Source: Leidyana gryllorum EB-2025a (Eukaryota > Protista > Apicomplexa). From it: 64,000 nucleotides of DNA. The position numbers were made by a program, and so were the translations under genes. The DNA is taken from contig JBLWGC010000205.1 of the NCBI GenBank assembly GCA_048772705.1, positions 62,001-126,000 on the forward strand, in the 5' to 3' direction. Below are positions 1 through 9,946 of this stretch, piece by piece. The stretch's first letter is position 1, and every line of letters begins with the position of its first letter. The notes below the pieces were generated by a model. That model saw only the letters and a program-made list of their open reading frames with translations, made no database searches and had not been told where the DNA came from.

Positions 1-7
1 TTTTACG

Positions 8-567
8 GTGTATGTGGTGACTGAAAGTGGGCAGAATCGCGGATGGCCGATGCCAGCTTGGTTTGATCTGGAGAGTTTGGATCAAAAGGGCACAGAGGAC
101 AAGAAAGGGATCAATGAGTCCGCGGACCGAATTCAAAAGATGATCGATGCCGAGGCTAACGGGAAGGTGTCGAGTCGCCGAATCATCGTTGGAGGGTTCT
201 CGCAGGGAGCTGCAATGTCTTACTACGTCGGTGTCCGAGGTCTGGAGCCCATTGGAGCCATCACTGCCTTGAGCGGGTGGATGCCGATGCGACAGGAGTT
301 GGCCCCCAAGATGGACGCGGAAGGGGAGTCCAGGCCTGCGATTATACACTGTCATGGGACAGGTGAGGTACTTGGCTAGCGTATTTATCAATTTGTCTGT
401 GGTCAACAGCGGATGATATGGTACAGTATGACTTTGGAGCTCAAACAGCAGAGTTGCTCAAGTCGAAAGGTTTCGATATTGAGTTCAAGTCCTACGCCAA
501 CATGAGTCATTCTACTTGTGCCACAGAGTTAGCCGATCTCTTAGAGTTTGTCCTGAGTCATTCTTGA
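8..567 (+). CDS. Acyl-protein thioesterase / lysophospholipase (alpha/beta hydrolase), 5' partial
   Basis: MPAWFD, the GGFSQG nucleophile elbow and LSGW are present. A GT-AG intron at 363-409 joins HGT to ADDMVQYDFG...YANMSHSTCATEL, supplying the catalytic Asp and His. Stop TGA at 565-567. Confidence 0.9.
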
Positions 568-574
568 TGTGAAA

Positions 575-1513
575 ATGGGTGCAACAGAATGTTTATGGAT
601 TTGTTGTTCCAAGCAGAAGGACCCTGAGATGGACAACGATGAATTACTCGTCGTACGACGATCACAGGAGGAGGACTGCAGGTCCGTAGAAGTTCCTCCC
701 CTGGCACTGGATTTACTACTTCAGAACCGAAGTTCCTCCCCCCAGCGACAACTGCAACTCCAATCTTCGTTCGGGGGCGTAGCGCCTACCCCAACGGTCC
801 ATGCAATGATGGCTGACGGTCCCCAAACTGCGCCTTCTTCCGCGCCCAGCGCTGGCATCCATTTCCGACTGCGTAATGTGGAGTTTCCGCCCCAACCCGA
901 TGATATTGATAATAACTCTCCCATGTGGAGTAATGACATCCCCAATCACTTCAAGTCACCACGCGCTCACCAAAGAAGTGCCACCGGCCACACCAGAGTC
1001 ACCTCCTTCCGCACACCACCCCCTCCACCACACCTGCGCCAGAGCTCTCCGGCCGCATCACCCGGCCCAACGCACACAACTGCTGCCAGCCAAGCCCGAG
1101 CCTCATCGCCGCCCCCTACAGACGCCGATGTGGCGCCGCCTTCGTCAAGGCGTTATCGCCCCACCAATCCTCCGTTGCATTCTGCAAGCACAAGCAGCAG
1201 TCTAGAAAGCCGGGTTGCGATGCTCGAAGCCCAATTGGCCGAGCAAACCCATCGCGAAGAGATCTTACAACTATGGGTGACAGATCAAATGAACAAAGAT
1301 CTTGCACGCACGCGAATCGAGGGCTTATGGTCTGCCATCGCTATCAGTACTTCGAAAACCGATGCTTTTCACATCCTCAGCACATTTCTACAAAGCTGTA
1401 ACACCAAACAGGAAGTCAAAGCCGCTCTGGACATCTGCTACAAGCTTGGCGAAGGGCGGCTACGACGGTCAAAACTAGAACAGGAGGAGTTCACACCAGC
1501 ATGGCGAGATTAG
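575..1513 (+). CDS. Hypothetical protein with N-terminal myristoylation/palmitoylation-like motif, Pro/Ser-rich middle and C-terminal coiled coil
   Basis: Intronless ORF from ATG 575 beginning MGATECLWICCSK. Heptad-like segment LESRVAMLEAQLAEQ. Confidence 0.65.
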   Translation: MGATECLWICCSKQKDPEMDNDELLVVRRSQEEDCRSVEVPPLALDLLLQNRSSSPQRQLQLQSSFGGVAPTPTVHAMMADGPQTAPSSAPSAGIHFRLRNVEFPPQPDDIDNNSPMWSNDIPNHFKSPRAHQRSATGHTRVTSFRTPPPPPHLRQSSPAASPGPTHTTAASQARASSPPPTDADVAPPSSRRYRPTNPPLHSASTSSSLESRVAMLEAQLAEQTHREEILQLWVTDQMNKDLARTRIEGLWSAIAISTSKTDAFHILSTFLQSCNTKQEVKAALDICYKLGEGRLRRSKLEQEEFTPAWRD

Positions 1514-1586
1514 TAGAATGAACAAACTGACGAACCATCTGTTATAATATTAGCCCAAATTTTAGACCGGAATCCAAAGAGCGTAA

Positions 1587-2033
1587 ATGCACTTCCGCCG
1601 ACTTCAGCCATCCGATTTGTACGCCCTGAATCGTGCGAACCTCGATGGGTACACCGAAAACTTCGGAATTCACTTCTACAACACCTATCTAACAAATTGG
1701 CCAGACCTATGTATGGCGGCTGTTGCAAACGATGGCACCATTGCTGCATATATGCTCGGGAAATTAGAAGGTGGCAAGGATGATTGGCATGCACATCTAA
1801 GCTGCATTAGTGTTGCTACTGAATTCAGAGGACTCAAGCTAACTGATCAAATGCTGGATCTGATGCAAGAGGTTGCTATCAAGTACAATTGCAAGTTCAT
1901 TGACCTGTTCGTTCGCACCACGAACACAGCCGCCATTGCGATATATGAGAAACAGGGCTACAAAACCGCCAAGCATCTCCCAGGTTACTATTCCGATGGT
2001 TATTCGGCATTGGAATTGCGGAAAGACCTCTGA
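1587..2033 (+). CDS. NAA20: N-terminal acetyltransferase B catalytic subunit (GNAT)
   Basis: NLDGYTENF, YLTNWPDL, YMLGKLEG, WHAHLSCISVATEFRGL, FIDLFVRTTN and YYSDG are motifs typical of Nat3/NAA20. Confidence 0.88.
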   Translation: MHFRRLQPSDLYALNRANLDGYTENFGIHFYNTYLTNWPDLCMAAVANDGTIAAYMLGKLEGGKDDWHAHLSCISVATEFRGLKLTDQMLDLMQEVAIKYNCKFIDLFVRTTNTAAIAIYEKQGYKTAKHLPGYYSDGYSALELRKDL

Positions 2034-2158
2034 TAGTCGCGATTTGACGAGCTTGGAAATGTGTTTGCTGAGTGTGTGCACGGAAAATGACAGAGACGTC
2101 AAGTTATTGAGTGCAGCAAACGCACGGGAAATCCGCACTTGAATTTTGATCTCTGAGA

Positions 2159-2775
2159 ATGGCCCGCGGAAGTATTGCCAAAAAGGCGGCCACGCCAGCC
2201 AGATCAGCTAAGCCCAAAGCCAAGACTGTTCGCAAATCGGTTACAAAAGCTGCTGCCACACCCAAGCCAAAGTAAGTTCGTGCGTGTTTCGAGTTGCGCT
2301 AATTCTGCTTATCAGGCCCGCCAGTCGCAAGCCAGCCACCACTGCTGCTGCCAAGAAGACACCGACAAAGAAGACTACGGTCCGGAAGCCCGCGGCCAAG
2401 AAAACCCCCGTCAGAAAGCCTGCCGTGAAAAAGGCTGCTACCGCGAAGGCTGCAGCCAAGAAACCGGCGACACCCAAACGGGCGGCAACCAAGAAGCCTG
2501 TCGTCAAACGGGCACCTGCTGCTGCTAAAGTGGAGCGCCAAGGGTCCTTGACGAAGGCTGCTTCCATCAAGGAAGAGCCACAGGCTGTTGCCGCTCCGAA
2601 GAAACGGGCAGGTGGGCGAACTAAAACCACCGCGGCCGCCCCCAAGAAAGCCGCAGTCAAAGTGAAGAAGACTGCTCCCAAGAAGAGAACCGCTGCTCCC
2701 AAGAAAGCCACAGCCAAGAAGGCCACGGCTAAGAGAGCAACAGCCAAGAAAGCTCCCAGGAAATCCTCTGCGTAG
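2159..2775 (+). CDS. Histone H1-like Lys/Ala/Pro-rich basic protein (no winged-helix domain evident)
   Basis: ATG 2159 gives MARGSIAKKAATPAR. An intron at 2272-2315 (GTAAGT...TCAG) splices in frame to PASRKPATT. About 190 aa of KKAATAK/PKK repeats with TPKK/TPKR sites. Confidence 0.75.
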
Positions 2776-4326
2776 CTACTTCTTCACTATTTGAATGACG
2801 TCTTCATCCTGGAGCATATGACCTGAAAGCAGAGCCAAAGTTTATTATGCATGTGTGTGGCGCTTAGAACAACGTAGTTCTACTCAGAATTACACCTTAC
2901 CTAACCCGACATGTTGGGGGTTATGTTTCGCACTTCTTCCCCAGACCATGCAGCACTTGAATTCGTTGATCAGGTCGGCATGTAGCTGTCTGACAGCGTT
3001 TCGAATGGAGTTCCCACCTGCAGCAATACGGATGAGAGATCAGTGGAAGTGAGGGCTTGGAAGGAGAGGTGGAAGGCTTTATATGTGCTGCATTAGCTCC
3101 GCGGATGCAGTACAGAGCCAGTGGAGGGGCGGGGCCAGGCGTAGAGGGTATAAAATTACCTCTTTGTGGTGTCAAGATGATTGGATCACTCAGGTCGGGG
3201 AACTCGCCGGGTTTCTTGGTATAGATTCTGCACATCTCGAGCTCAGTCCATATTCGTTCCAGAAGGAGGTCCAAATTCCAGTACTTTTGGGAGGAAATGA
3301 CGACGGACATTGGTCTGAAACGGGGTTAACATTGGGAGGATGTCTGTAGGAGTGCACGCACCTCCGGGCCATTTCATCAACCTCGTCAAGACTGAGCATA
3401 TCGATCTTATTGTAGACATAGAGGCACTTGACGTATTTCCGGTTGCCTTCAATGACATCAATAAGGTCGTCGATCTGAAAGGGAGTATTGGGAAGAGGTA
3501 TTTTGGGGGTTTAAGCTTACGGAGCAGTCTTCATGGAAGAGTACCTCAGCGTGGAATATTTTGTATTCGCTTAAGATACTGTGTACGAGTTTCTCATCGA
3601 CTTTGGTGAGTTTGCAGGTGGCATTGAATGTGAGGCCTCCGCCCTTTTTGACTTTAAAGTTGATGTTGGGGGGTTTCTTGTTGAGTCTGATGCCGACGGC
3701 TTCCATTTCTCGTTCGAGTTTCTGTCTTTGTGCGTCGTCTTTGGTGGCATCGAGCACCATGAGGACGAGATCGGCGCTCTTTCCGACGGCGATGACCTGA
3801 CGTCCACGGCCGCGGCCTTCGCTAGCGCCTTCAATGATACCTGGAAGGTCGAGGAGTTGCAGCTTAGCTTCCTTATAGTCGATGATTCCAGGCACACAGG
3901 TGAGGGTTGTGAATTCATAGGCAGCGACTTCACTCTTGGCGCCGGTTAAATGGGAGAGTAGAGTTGATTTACCCACGGAGGGGAAGCCGATCAGAGCTAT
4001 ACGGGCATCGCCAAACCTTTGGGAGGCGGAAATATGGCAATAATGGGATTGCGATGACTCACTTTTGGACATCAAATCCTTCTCCTTTGGCACCTCCGCC
4101 CTTGCCTCCTTCTAGAAGTTGGGAGCGGAGTTTGGCAAGTTGAGCTTTGAGTCGGCCGATATGGTACTGTAATGGTCGGTTTCTTGAGATTTCTTGGGCG
4201 ATATTTATCTCACCTCAGTGGCTTTGTTCTTCTGAGTTCGAGATATCTCAAACTCGATGTCTTTTATGCGCTACATGTTGAGTGTTTTTAACTTAGGCGG
4301 GTGTGGCTTACCTCCAAAATGCCCAT
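2776..4326 (-). CDS. DRG2: Developmentally regulated GTP-binding protein 2 (OBG family, TGS domain), multi-exon
   Basis: MGILE start, [18 protein letters not shown]-loop, [21 protein letters not shown]-terminal EDVIQIVKK*. Confidence 0.92.
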
Positions 4327-4530
4327 AGTCGAAGGATTTGTCCAAAAAAGAAGCAGAAATATTGAGAGCGATGCGAATGAGTTCGGATTTCTCTCTCTCT
4401 CTCTCTCCCCTCTCCGAATGAGTTCGAGTTTTTCTCTCACTCCTTTCTGAGAGAAAGTGAGTTTGTTGTTGTTAATTATGGTGAACACTATATACTATAT
4501 GGGGGTTTGATGCAAAAAAGAGACTGGTGG

Positions 4531-5916
4531 TCAGAAAAGGCCCTGATCGAACATGGCATCAGCAACTTTGACAAAACCGGCGATGTTTGCTCCTAATTGA
4601 AGGTCGTTGGGGTCGTTGCCGTACTCCTGAGCGTATTTGACACACTGTTTGTAGATGTGTGTCATGATGTCTTTGAGTCTTTGGTCGACTTGTTCGAAAC
4701 TCCAGTTTGTCCGCGAGGAGTTCTGAGCCATCTCCAGACCGGAGACTGCCACTCCTCCAGCATTAGCGGCCTTTCCAGGGCAATAGCGGATTTTGCGATC
4801 TTTGTACACTTTAATGGCATCCGCTTCTGAGGGCATGTTAGCTACCTCGATTACAGCTATGCATTTGTTATCGGCGAGTTTGGTGGCATCTGGGGCTGTA
4901 ATCTCGTTTTGTGTTGCTGCGGGGAACGCCAGATCAGCCTCGACGATACCCCATGGCTTGGCGGCTTCCAGATATTCGGCGCCCTCCAGTTTGCCCTTCA
5001 GCTCACTCAAACGTCCGCGTTGTCCATTCTTGAGGTCTTTGATCGCTTCCAACTGATCTTTGGTGATTCCGTCTTTGAATTTGAGCGTCCCGTTGCTGTC
5101 CGAGACGGTCAGTACAACGGCGCCCAGTTGGAGCAGCTTTTCGACAGTGTACTGGGCGGCGTTCCCGCTCCCACTGACGACGGCCCTCATTCCCTTCAAC
5201 TCGAGCTTCATGTCCTGGAGCATATTTTGCGCAAAGTACACAGCGCCGTAACCCGTCGCTTCGGGGCGGACCAAACTGCCGCCCCAATTCGCGCCCTTTC
5301 CGGTGAGGACTCCGGTGAACTCGTTTCTCATCTTGCGATAGGCTCCGAACATGAAACCGATCTCGCGGGCGCCAGTTCCAATATCCCCAGCGGGAACGTC
5401 GGTGTCGGGTCCAATGTGGCGTGAGAGTTCGGTCATAAAACTCTGACAGAACGATCGAACTTCGAGATCACTTTTGCCCTTTGGATCAAAGTCCGACCCT
5501 CCCTTCCCGCCGCCCATGGGAAGTCCGGTCAACGCGTTCTTCAGTATCTGCTCGAATCCCAGAAACTTCAAAACGCTCAAATTGACTGACGGATGCAATC
5601 TCAACCCGCCTTTGTAAGGCCCAATAGCCGAGTTGTACTCCACTCTGAACCCTCGGTTCACCTGGAGATTCCCCGTCTCGTCAAACCACGGAACTCGGAA
5701 CTGAATCACCCGCTCGGGCTCACTCATCGCCTCCAATGCCACCAGATACTTGGGCTCCTTCTCCAACAAAGGCCTCAAACTCTCAACTATCTCATCCCAG
5801 GCTTGAAGAAATTCCTTCTCCTCTCCATTACGCCGCTCCAGACTCTCACGAACAGACTCTATCGACCGCCCACATCCTCCTTCGGCACACCCCTTCTTCG
5901 AACCGTACACAGACAT
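4531..5916 (-). CDS. gdhA: NADP-specific glutamate dehydrogenase
   Basis: Intronless. GPYKGGLR, GGGKGGSDFDPKGKS, DVPAGDIG, RPEATGYG, VSGSGNAA and PGKAANAGGVAVSGLEM are present. Likely ATG at 5916, because the upstream ORF extension is microsatellite. Confidence 0.96.
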   Translation of the reverse strand: MSVYGSKKGCAEGGCGRSIESVRESLERRNGEEKEFLQAWDEIVESLRPLLEKEPKYLVALEAMSEPERVIQFRVPWFDETGNLQVNRGFRVEYNSAIGPYKGGLRLHPSVNLSVLKFLGFEQILKNALTGLPMGGGKGGSDFDPKGKSDLEVRSFCQSFMTELSRHIGPDTDVPAGDIGTGAREIGFMFGAYRKMRNEFTGVLTGKGANWGGSLVRPEATGYGAVYFAQNMLQDMKLELKGMRAVVSGSGNAAQYTVEKLLQLGAVVLTVSDSNGTLKFKDGITKDQLEAIKDLKNGQRGRLSELKGKLEGAEYLEAAKPWGIVEADLAFPAATQNEITAPDATKLADNKCIAVIEVANMPSEADAIKVYKDRKIRYCPGKAANAGGVAVSGLEMAQNSSRTNWSFEQVDQRLKDIMTHIYKQCVKYAQEYGNDPNDLQLGANIAGFVKVADAMFDQGLF

Positions 5917-5959
5917 CCCCACCGCCAGATTGATCGATAGATAGATAGAGCGATAGGAG

Positions 5960-6082
5960 GACACAGAGTGTGTGAGAGCGCGAGAGAGAGAGTGAGAGTG
6001 ACAGCGCCGGAGAGCGAGAGAGAGATGGAGACAGAGACACGCGCACACACACACACACACAGAGACAGAGACACAGAGAGAG
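5960..6082. repeat. Mixed (GA)n/(CA)n microsatellite upstream of GDH
   Basis: Runs of gagagagag and cacacacac are directly visible. Confidence 0.85.
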
Positions 6083-6247
6083 ACTGTCGATTTATTCTTT
6101 CGGGAGACACCTGATCACATTGAGGAGAGGGTGTGTGTGTTGCGGGTGTGTGGGCTGGTGTGCAGTGGATCGTGAGTTGGTAGTATTGCACATCCCGCAC
6201 ACCCCCCTCTTCGAACGGCAAACTTGACCATTGGTCATTTGGAACAA

Positions 6248-9213
6248 CTAGACTGGGGCCGAGTGCTCAATGGCGGTGGTCGAGGGACCATTGGTTCCGG
6301 TCGCGGGGAAGAGTTGATACCCAGACGGTGTCCATATGTATGCCATTGGGGTGGGGCCTTTGGCCAACATGTTATTAGTGGCAGTGGTGTATTGCCAATG
6401 TCTTTCTGGAAAGTAAGACTCATAGGTCCCCGGGGTGGTCGCCCCATGAAGCATCCCGCTAATCCGTCCGACATTCCCATAAAGGCCCCCAGATCGCCAC
6501 GCTGGCGTCTCAGTCGCCTTTTGAACACGCGATCGACCCCACAAACGGTCGTGAGCTTCTTTGCTCCCCCGACTTCGGAATGCCACACCATCGCTGTTTG
6601 GCACCGTTTGCTCAGTGTATACGATATGGGGATTTGCGTTCGTACCCACGGCTTTCGAAGACGCAGGACTGCCCGCAGCAGTAGCCGAGTAGATAGCCGG
6701 AGCCGCTGCCGAGGCACTCGCCGTGTGTCCCAAACTGGCACTCCGTTCAGGAATCTTCCGGGACGCACTCTGCTGTCGCTTCAACAGAGCGATTAGCTCT
6801 CGTTCGGCAGCGTCCACTCGTTTTCGGAGCCCAGCTTCGACTTCCTTCCCAGCACTCCGCGACATACTCAGTTCGCGCTGAAGCTGCTCAGTACGCACTC
6901 TGCTAATTTCAGCTTCTTCGTGGAGACGGTGCAGTTGGCGCCGCTGTTCATCGACCTGAAGTCGCAGAGTCGTCAGCTCTGTCCCGTGCTTAGAGTTGGA
7001 GCGCTGCACCGCCTGCTCGGCAGCGGCCTTCTGCAACATATCTATTCGGTCTCTCAAGTCCTGGTTTTCTCGGACATATTCCTGCATGATGCGATCACTC
7101 AGTTCTGGTGGTGTCTTGCGTGGGGACGGTCGCGCCTCCGCCGCTGCCAATCGAGCAGACAGAACGTCTAATTCGGCCTTGTGCTTGTTCAATTGATCCT
7201 CGAGAGCTCGAGCTTTGGACTCTTGGAACTCCAAGGTCGTTTGGAGCTGTGCATTGGCGGCCACCAGACTGGCGTTCTCCTTGGATTTGCTCGCGGACTC
7301 TTTCTCCAAATTGTCCACAGTTTGAATCCACGCTTGGGTGATCTGTTTGTCCAGTTCTGATCAGAGTGCAAAATGTGACGACGAGATTGAGTGTGCAAAG
7401 TGCACACTGGGAGTGCTTCCCAGGACTTGCGCGTGGGACAAGGGCAGTGTGCACTTGAAGCATATGATGATTGCTCACCTTCAATTTGCGCTTTGACAAA
7501 AGCCTTCTCCTTCTTGGTTTTGCCGGGTTTGGTGAGATTGTTCCATACGGCATTTTTCTTCCTCAATTGATCAGCTTGAAGTTTGCCAAAGTCTCTGGCG
7601 TTTATTAAGGCCTCAATGTCTTTGATGGCGTTGTGGGCGTTGGCTCGAGCACTGTGTATCTCACTTGCGCTGGGTGGTAGACTGCTCGAGCCGCTGCTGA
7701 GGATTCTGGTTGGATCGTTGGAGGGTGTTTGTTTGGGGGGGGGTTCTGGTAGGTGTAGTTGGGTGTTGTCGTCTGGGGGTCTGGTATCGTCTTGTGCGTC
7801 ACTAAAGTTGTCCGGGGTGGAGGGATGTTTGGGTAGGGCGAGAAGGAGTCTTGTTCGAGGTGAGGGTTCTTTGAGGAGGTTTTTGACGAATTCCTGAGAG
7901 TCGAATGAGTTTGGGGAGGAGTGTTGAGGCGGGGGTTGTTGTGTTGCGACTGGGATGGAGGGTCTGTGGTGTTTGATGGTGCGGGGCGGCATCTTCGGGT
8001 CACGTTGTTGTTTTCTGACATGCTCCAGAGCCCGGTCGACTTCAGATCTTTCGGGGAGATCATCGTCCAGCGTCAGTTCGCGTTTCAAAGCTTCTTCAGA
8101 CGACGACCGGTCCGGCAGGCGACTGGTTCGTACATTGCGTTTGGCGGCGGGGGTGTTGTGCGAAGTACCCGTTCGCTGATTCGTCCCCGTTTGCTGCTTT
8201 CTCTTCGGAACCGGGGCGGCCGTCGAGGCGGGTGGCAGTTTGGCCACGGCGTTCTCTCGCGAATAGTGATCGTCACCGCGAGCAGCACCCAATAGTAGCG
8301 TTGGCTCGGGTGGGGATTGTGCCACCGCTTTGGGGCGCACAATCTCCGGTGGCGACGTGGATTTTGGCTTTGGCTGCGCGACTGAGTTGGAGACGTTTGA
8401 CTCCTCGTCACCGCCGGTTTCTGACTGATCCGTTTTGAGTTTGTCCAAACTTCGTTTTAGAGCTTCACGGTGATTGCGTATCTCTTCTTCGCTATCGGTC
8501 GGAGACTTGGCCTGGCTCCAGATTTGTTGTCGATTCTCGGCTTTGGGCGAGAGTGCATTCATAACGACTGACTTTTTGGGCCCTTCTCGGGGGAGTGACG
8601 CGAGCCGCAGAGAAGACTTGCGGCCGCCTCCCTCTGTACCGCCACTCACACTGTGCCTTGCTGAGCTCAGCTGGCTTTCGGTCGGAGGCGACACAGAGCT
8701 TCGTCTCTGTGTCGGTGACTCTGTCGCCGCCGACGAGTGATGAAGTTGACTGAACCGCTTGCGGGCCTGCGCTGGCCGATCCAGCGCTGTTGCTGCCGAG
8801 AGTGCTTGGAGAGACATGGATCCCGGGTCTCGATCTCGGGGCATTCCGAGAGCCTCGCGCCCATCCTTGAGAGAGTTCTCCCAACTTTCGAGCGTTTGAG
8901 GCGAATGGACAAAAGGAGCGTTGCTCCCGTCGCTACGACGCGATATAACACTGCTGTGGTCGCTGATATTGTGCTTCGGGGGATTCTTAACATCTTCCAC
9001 TCCCCGAGCCAATGTCATTGTGCGCCGTGAGCGACGTCCAAACTCGGTCGACGACGCCGTCACCGGCGGCGAGGCCGTCGCTGGAGGACTCCCGCGGCGG
9101 CGCTGCTGTCCGGGCGCGCGTCTCTGTACGGCTTCCAGAGTGCCCCGACGCTCACTCGTCTGCCGGATCCCAAACGCCGTCTCCCACTCGTCAGCTTTGT
9201 CCTCGAAGCTCAT
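6248..9213 (-). CDS. Large low-complexity/coiled-coil hypothetical protein (at least one intron near 7320-7478)
   Basis: Two long ORFs (7189-9213 and 6248-7318) are separated by a GTGAG donor after KAQIE. The second exon carries a long heptad coiled coil. Confidence 0.65.
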
Positions 9214-9444
9214 ATTTCTGTGGTGCGCGGGCGCAACAGAGAGGGGTACAGAGCAATTTTACGTGGTGCACTCGGCAGCAATAACCGCTTTACATAGCGG
9301 TAGTGGCAAGAACAGTGAGTGTGGTAGGTACTGTTTTATTTAGACAGAGTTAGTTGGTATCGGACAAGCAGTAGTAGTTAGATGCGTATATATGTGGGGT
9401 GGACGCGTGGTGATCATATGTTTCACGGGGCTCCTTCATCAAGT

Positions 9445-9855
9445 TCAAAAGAACTTGGCAAAGGCGGGGTTCGAGCGACTCAGCTCCGAGTGATCGCGGA
9501 TCTCAAACTTCTCGCGGGGGTTGCGGCTCTTGGCAAACAGCGAGGGACTGGCAGCACTGAACAGCGTGCGTGTCTTAACGTTCTCCGAGTCGGGAATAAA
9601 CTTAATCCATCCCTCAGTATTCGCCTTCTCAGCTCTGAAAACCAGCTGACGACCCTCGTTAGGGGGAACGTGACTCAACATCTTCTCCCACCAGTCTCCA
9701 GACGGGGGACCTTCTGCCACCAACTCCCAGGACTCTCCAACCATTCTGAATACCATCCATTGGATACGCTCCAGACCCTTTTTCAGGTCGTTGTCGAACA
9801 ATTGTTTGTCCATCCGCTCGCTGACGGCGGGATCCACTTGAAAGATTGCTTGCAT
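9445..9855 (-). CDS. Divergent ADF-H (ADF/cofilin/twinfilin-like) actin-binding protein
   Basis: 136 aa. WMVFRM strand, FIPDSENVKTRTLFSAASPSL (compare the cofilin helix W.PD.A.VK.KMLYASS) and C-terminal FEIRDHSEL. Confidence 0.6.
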   Translation of the reverse strand: MQAIFQVDPAVSERMDKQLFDNDLKKGLERIQWMVFRMVGESWELVAEGPPSGDWWEKMLSHVPPNEGRQLVFRAEKANTEGWIKFIPDSENVKTRTLFSAASPSLFAKSRNPREKFEIRDHSELSRSNPAFAKFF

Positions 9856-9946
9856 TGTGAATGTATCTAACGTGTCAGATGAAACCGTGTGTCGTGATGC
9901 TCAAACAACATGCACTGAGTGCACATTATTTTGCGACCCTTGTAAA

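Noticed and set aside
2241-2747. Hydrophobic antisense ORF, and the many other short antisense/overlapping ORFs in the track
   Set aside because: They are shadow ORFs of real genes in moderately GC-rich sequence, with no independent motifs.
5917-6060. Hydrophobic N-terminal extension or signal peptide on GDH
   Set aside because: It is a translation of CA/GA microsatellite from a non-ATG start.
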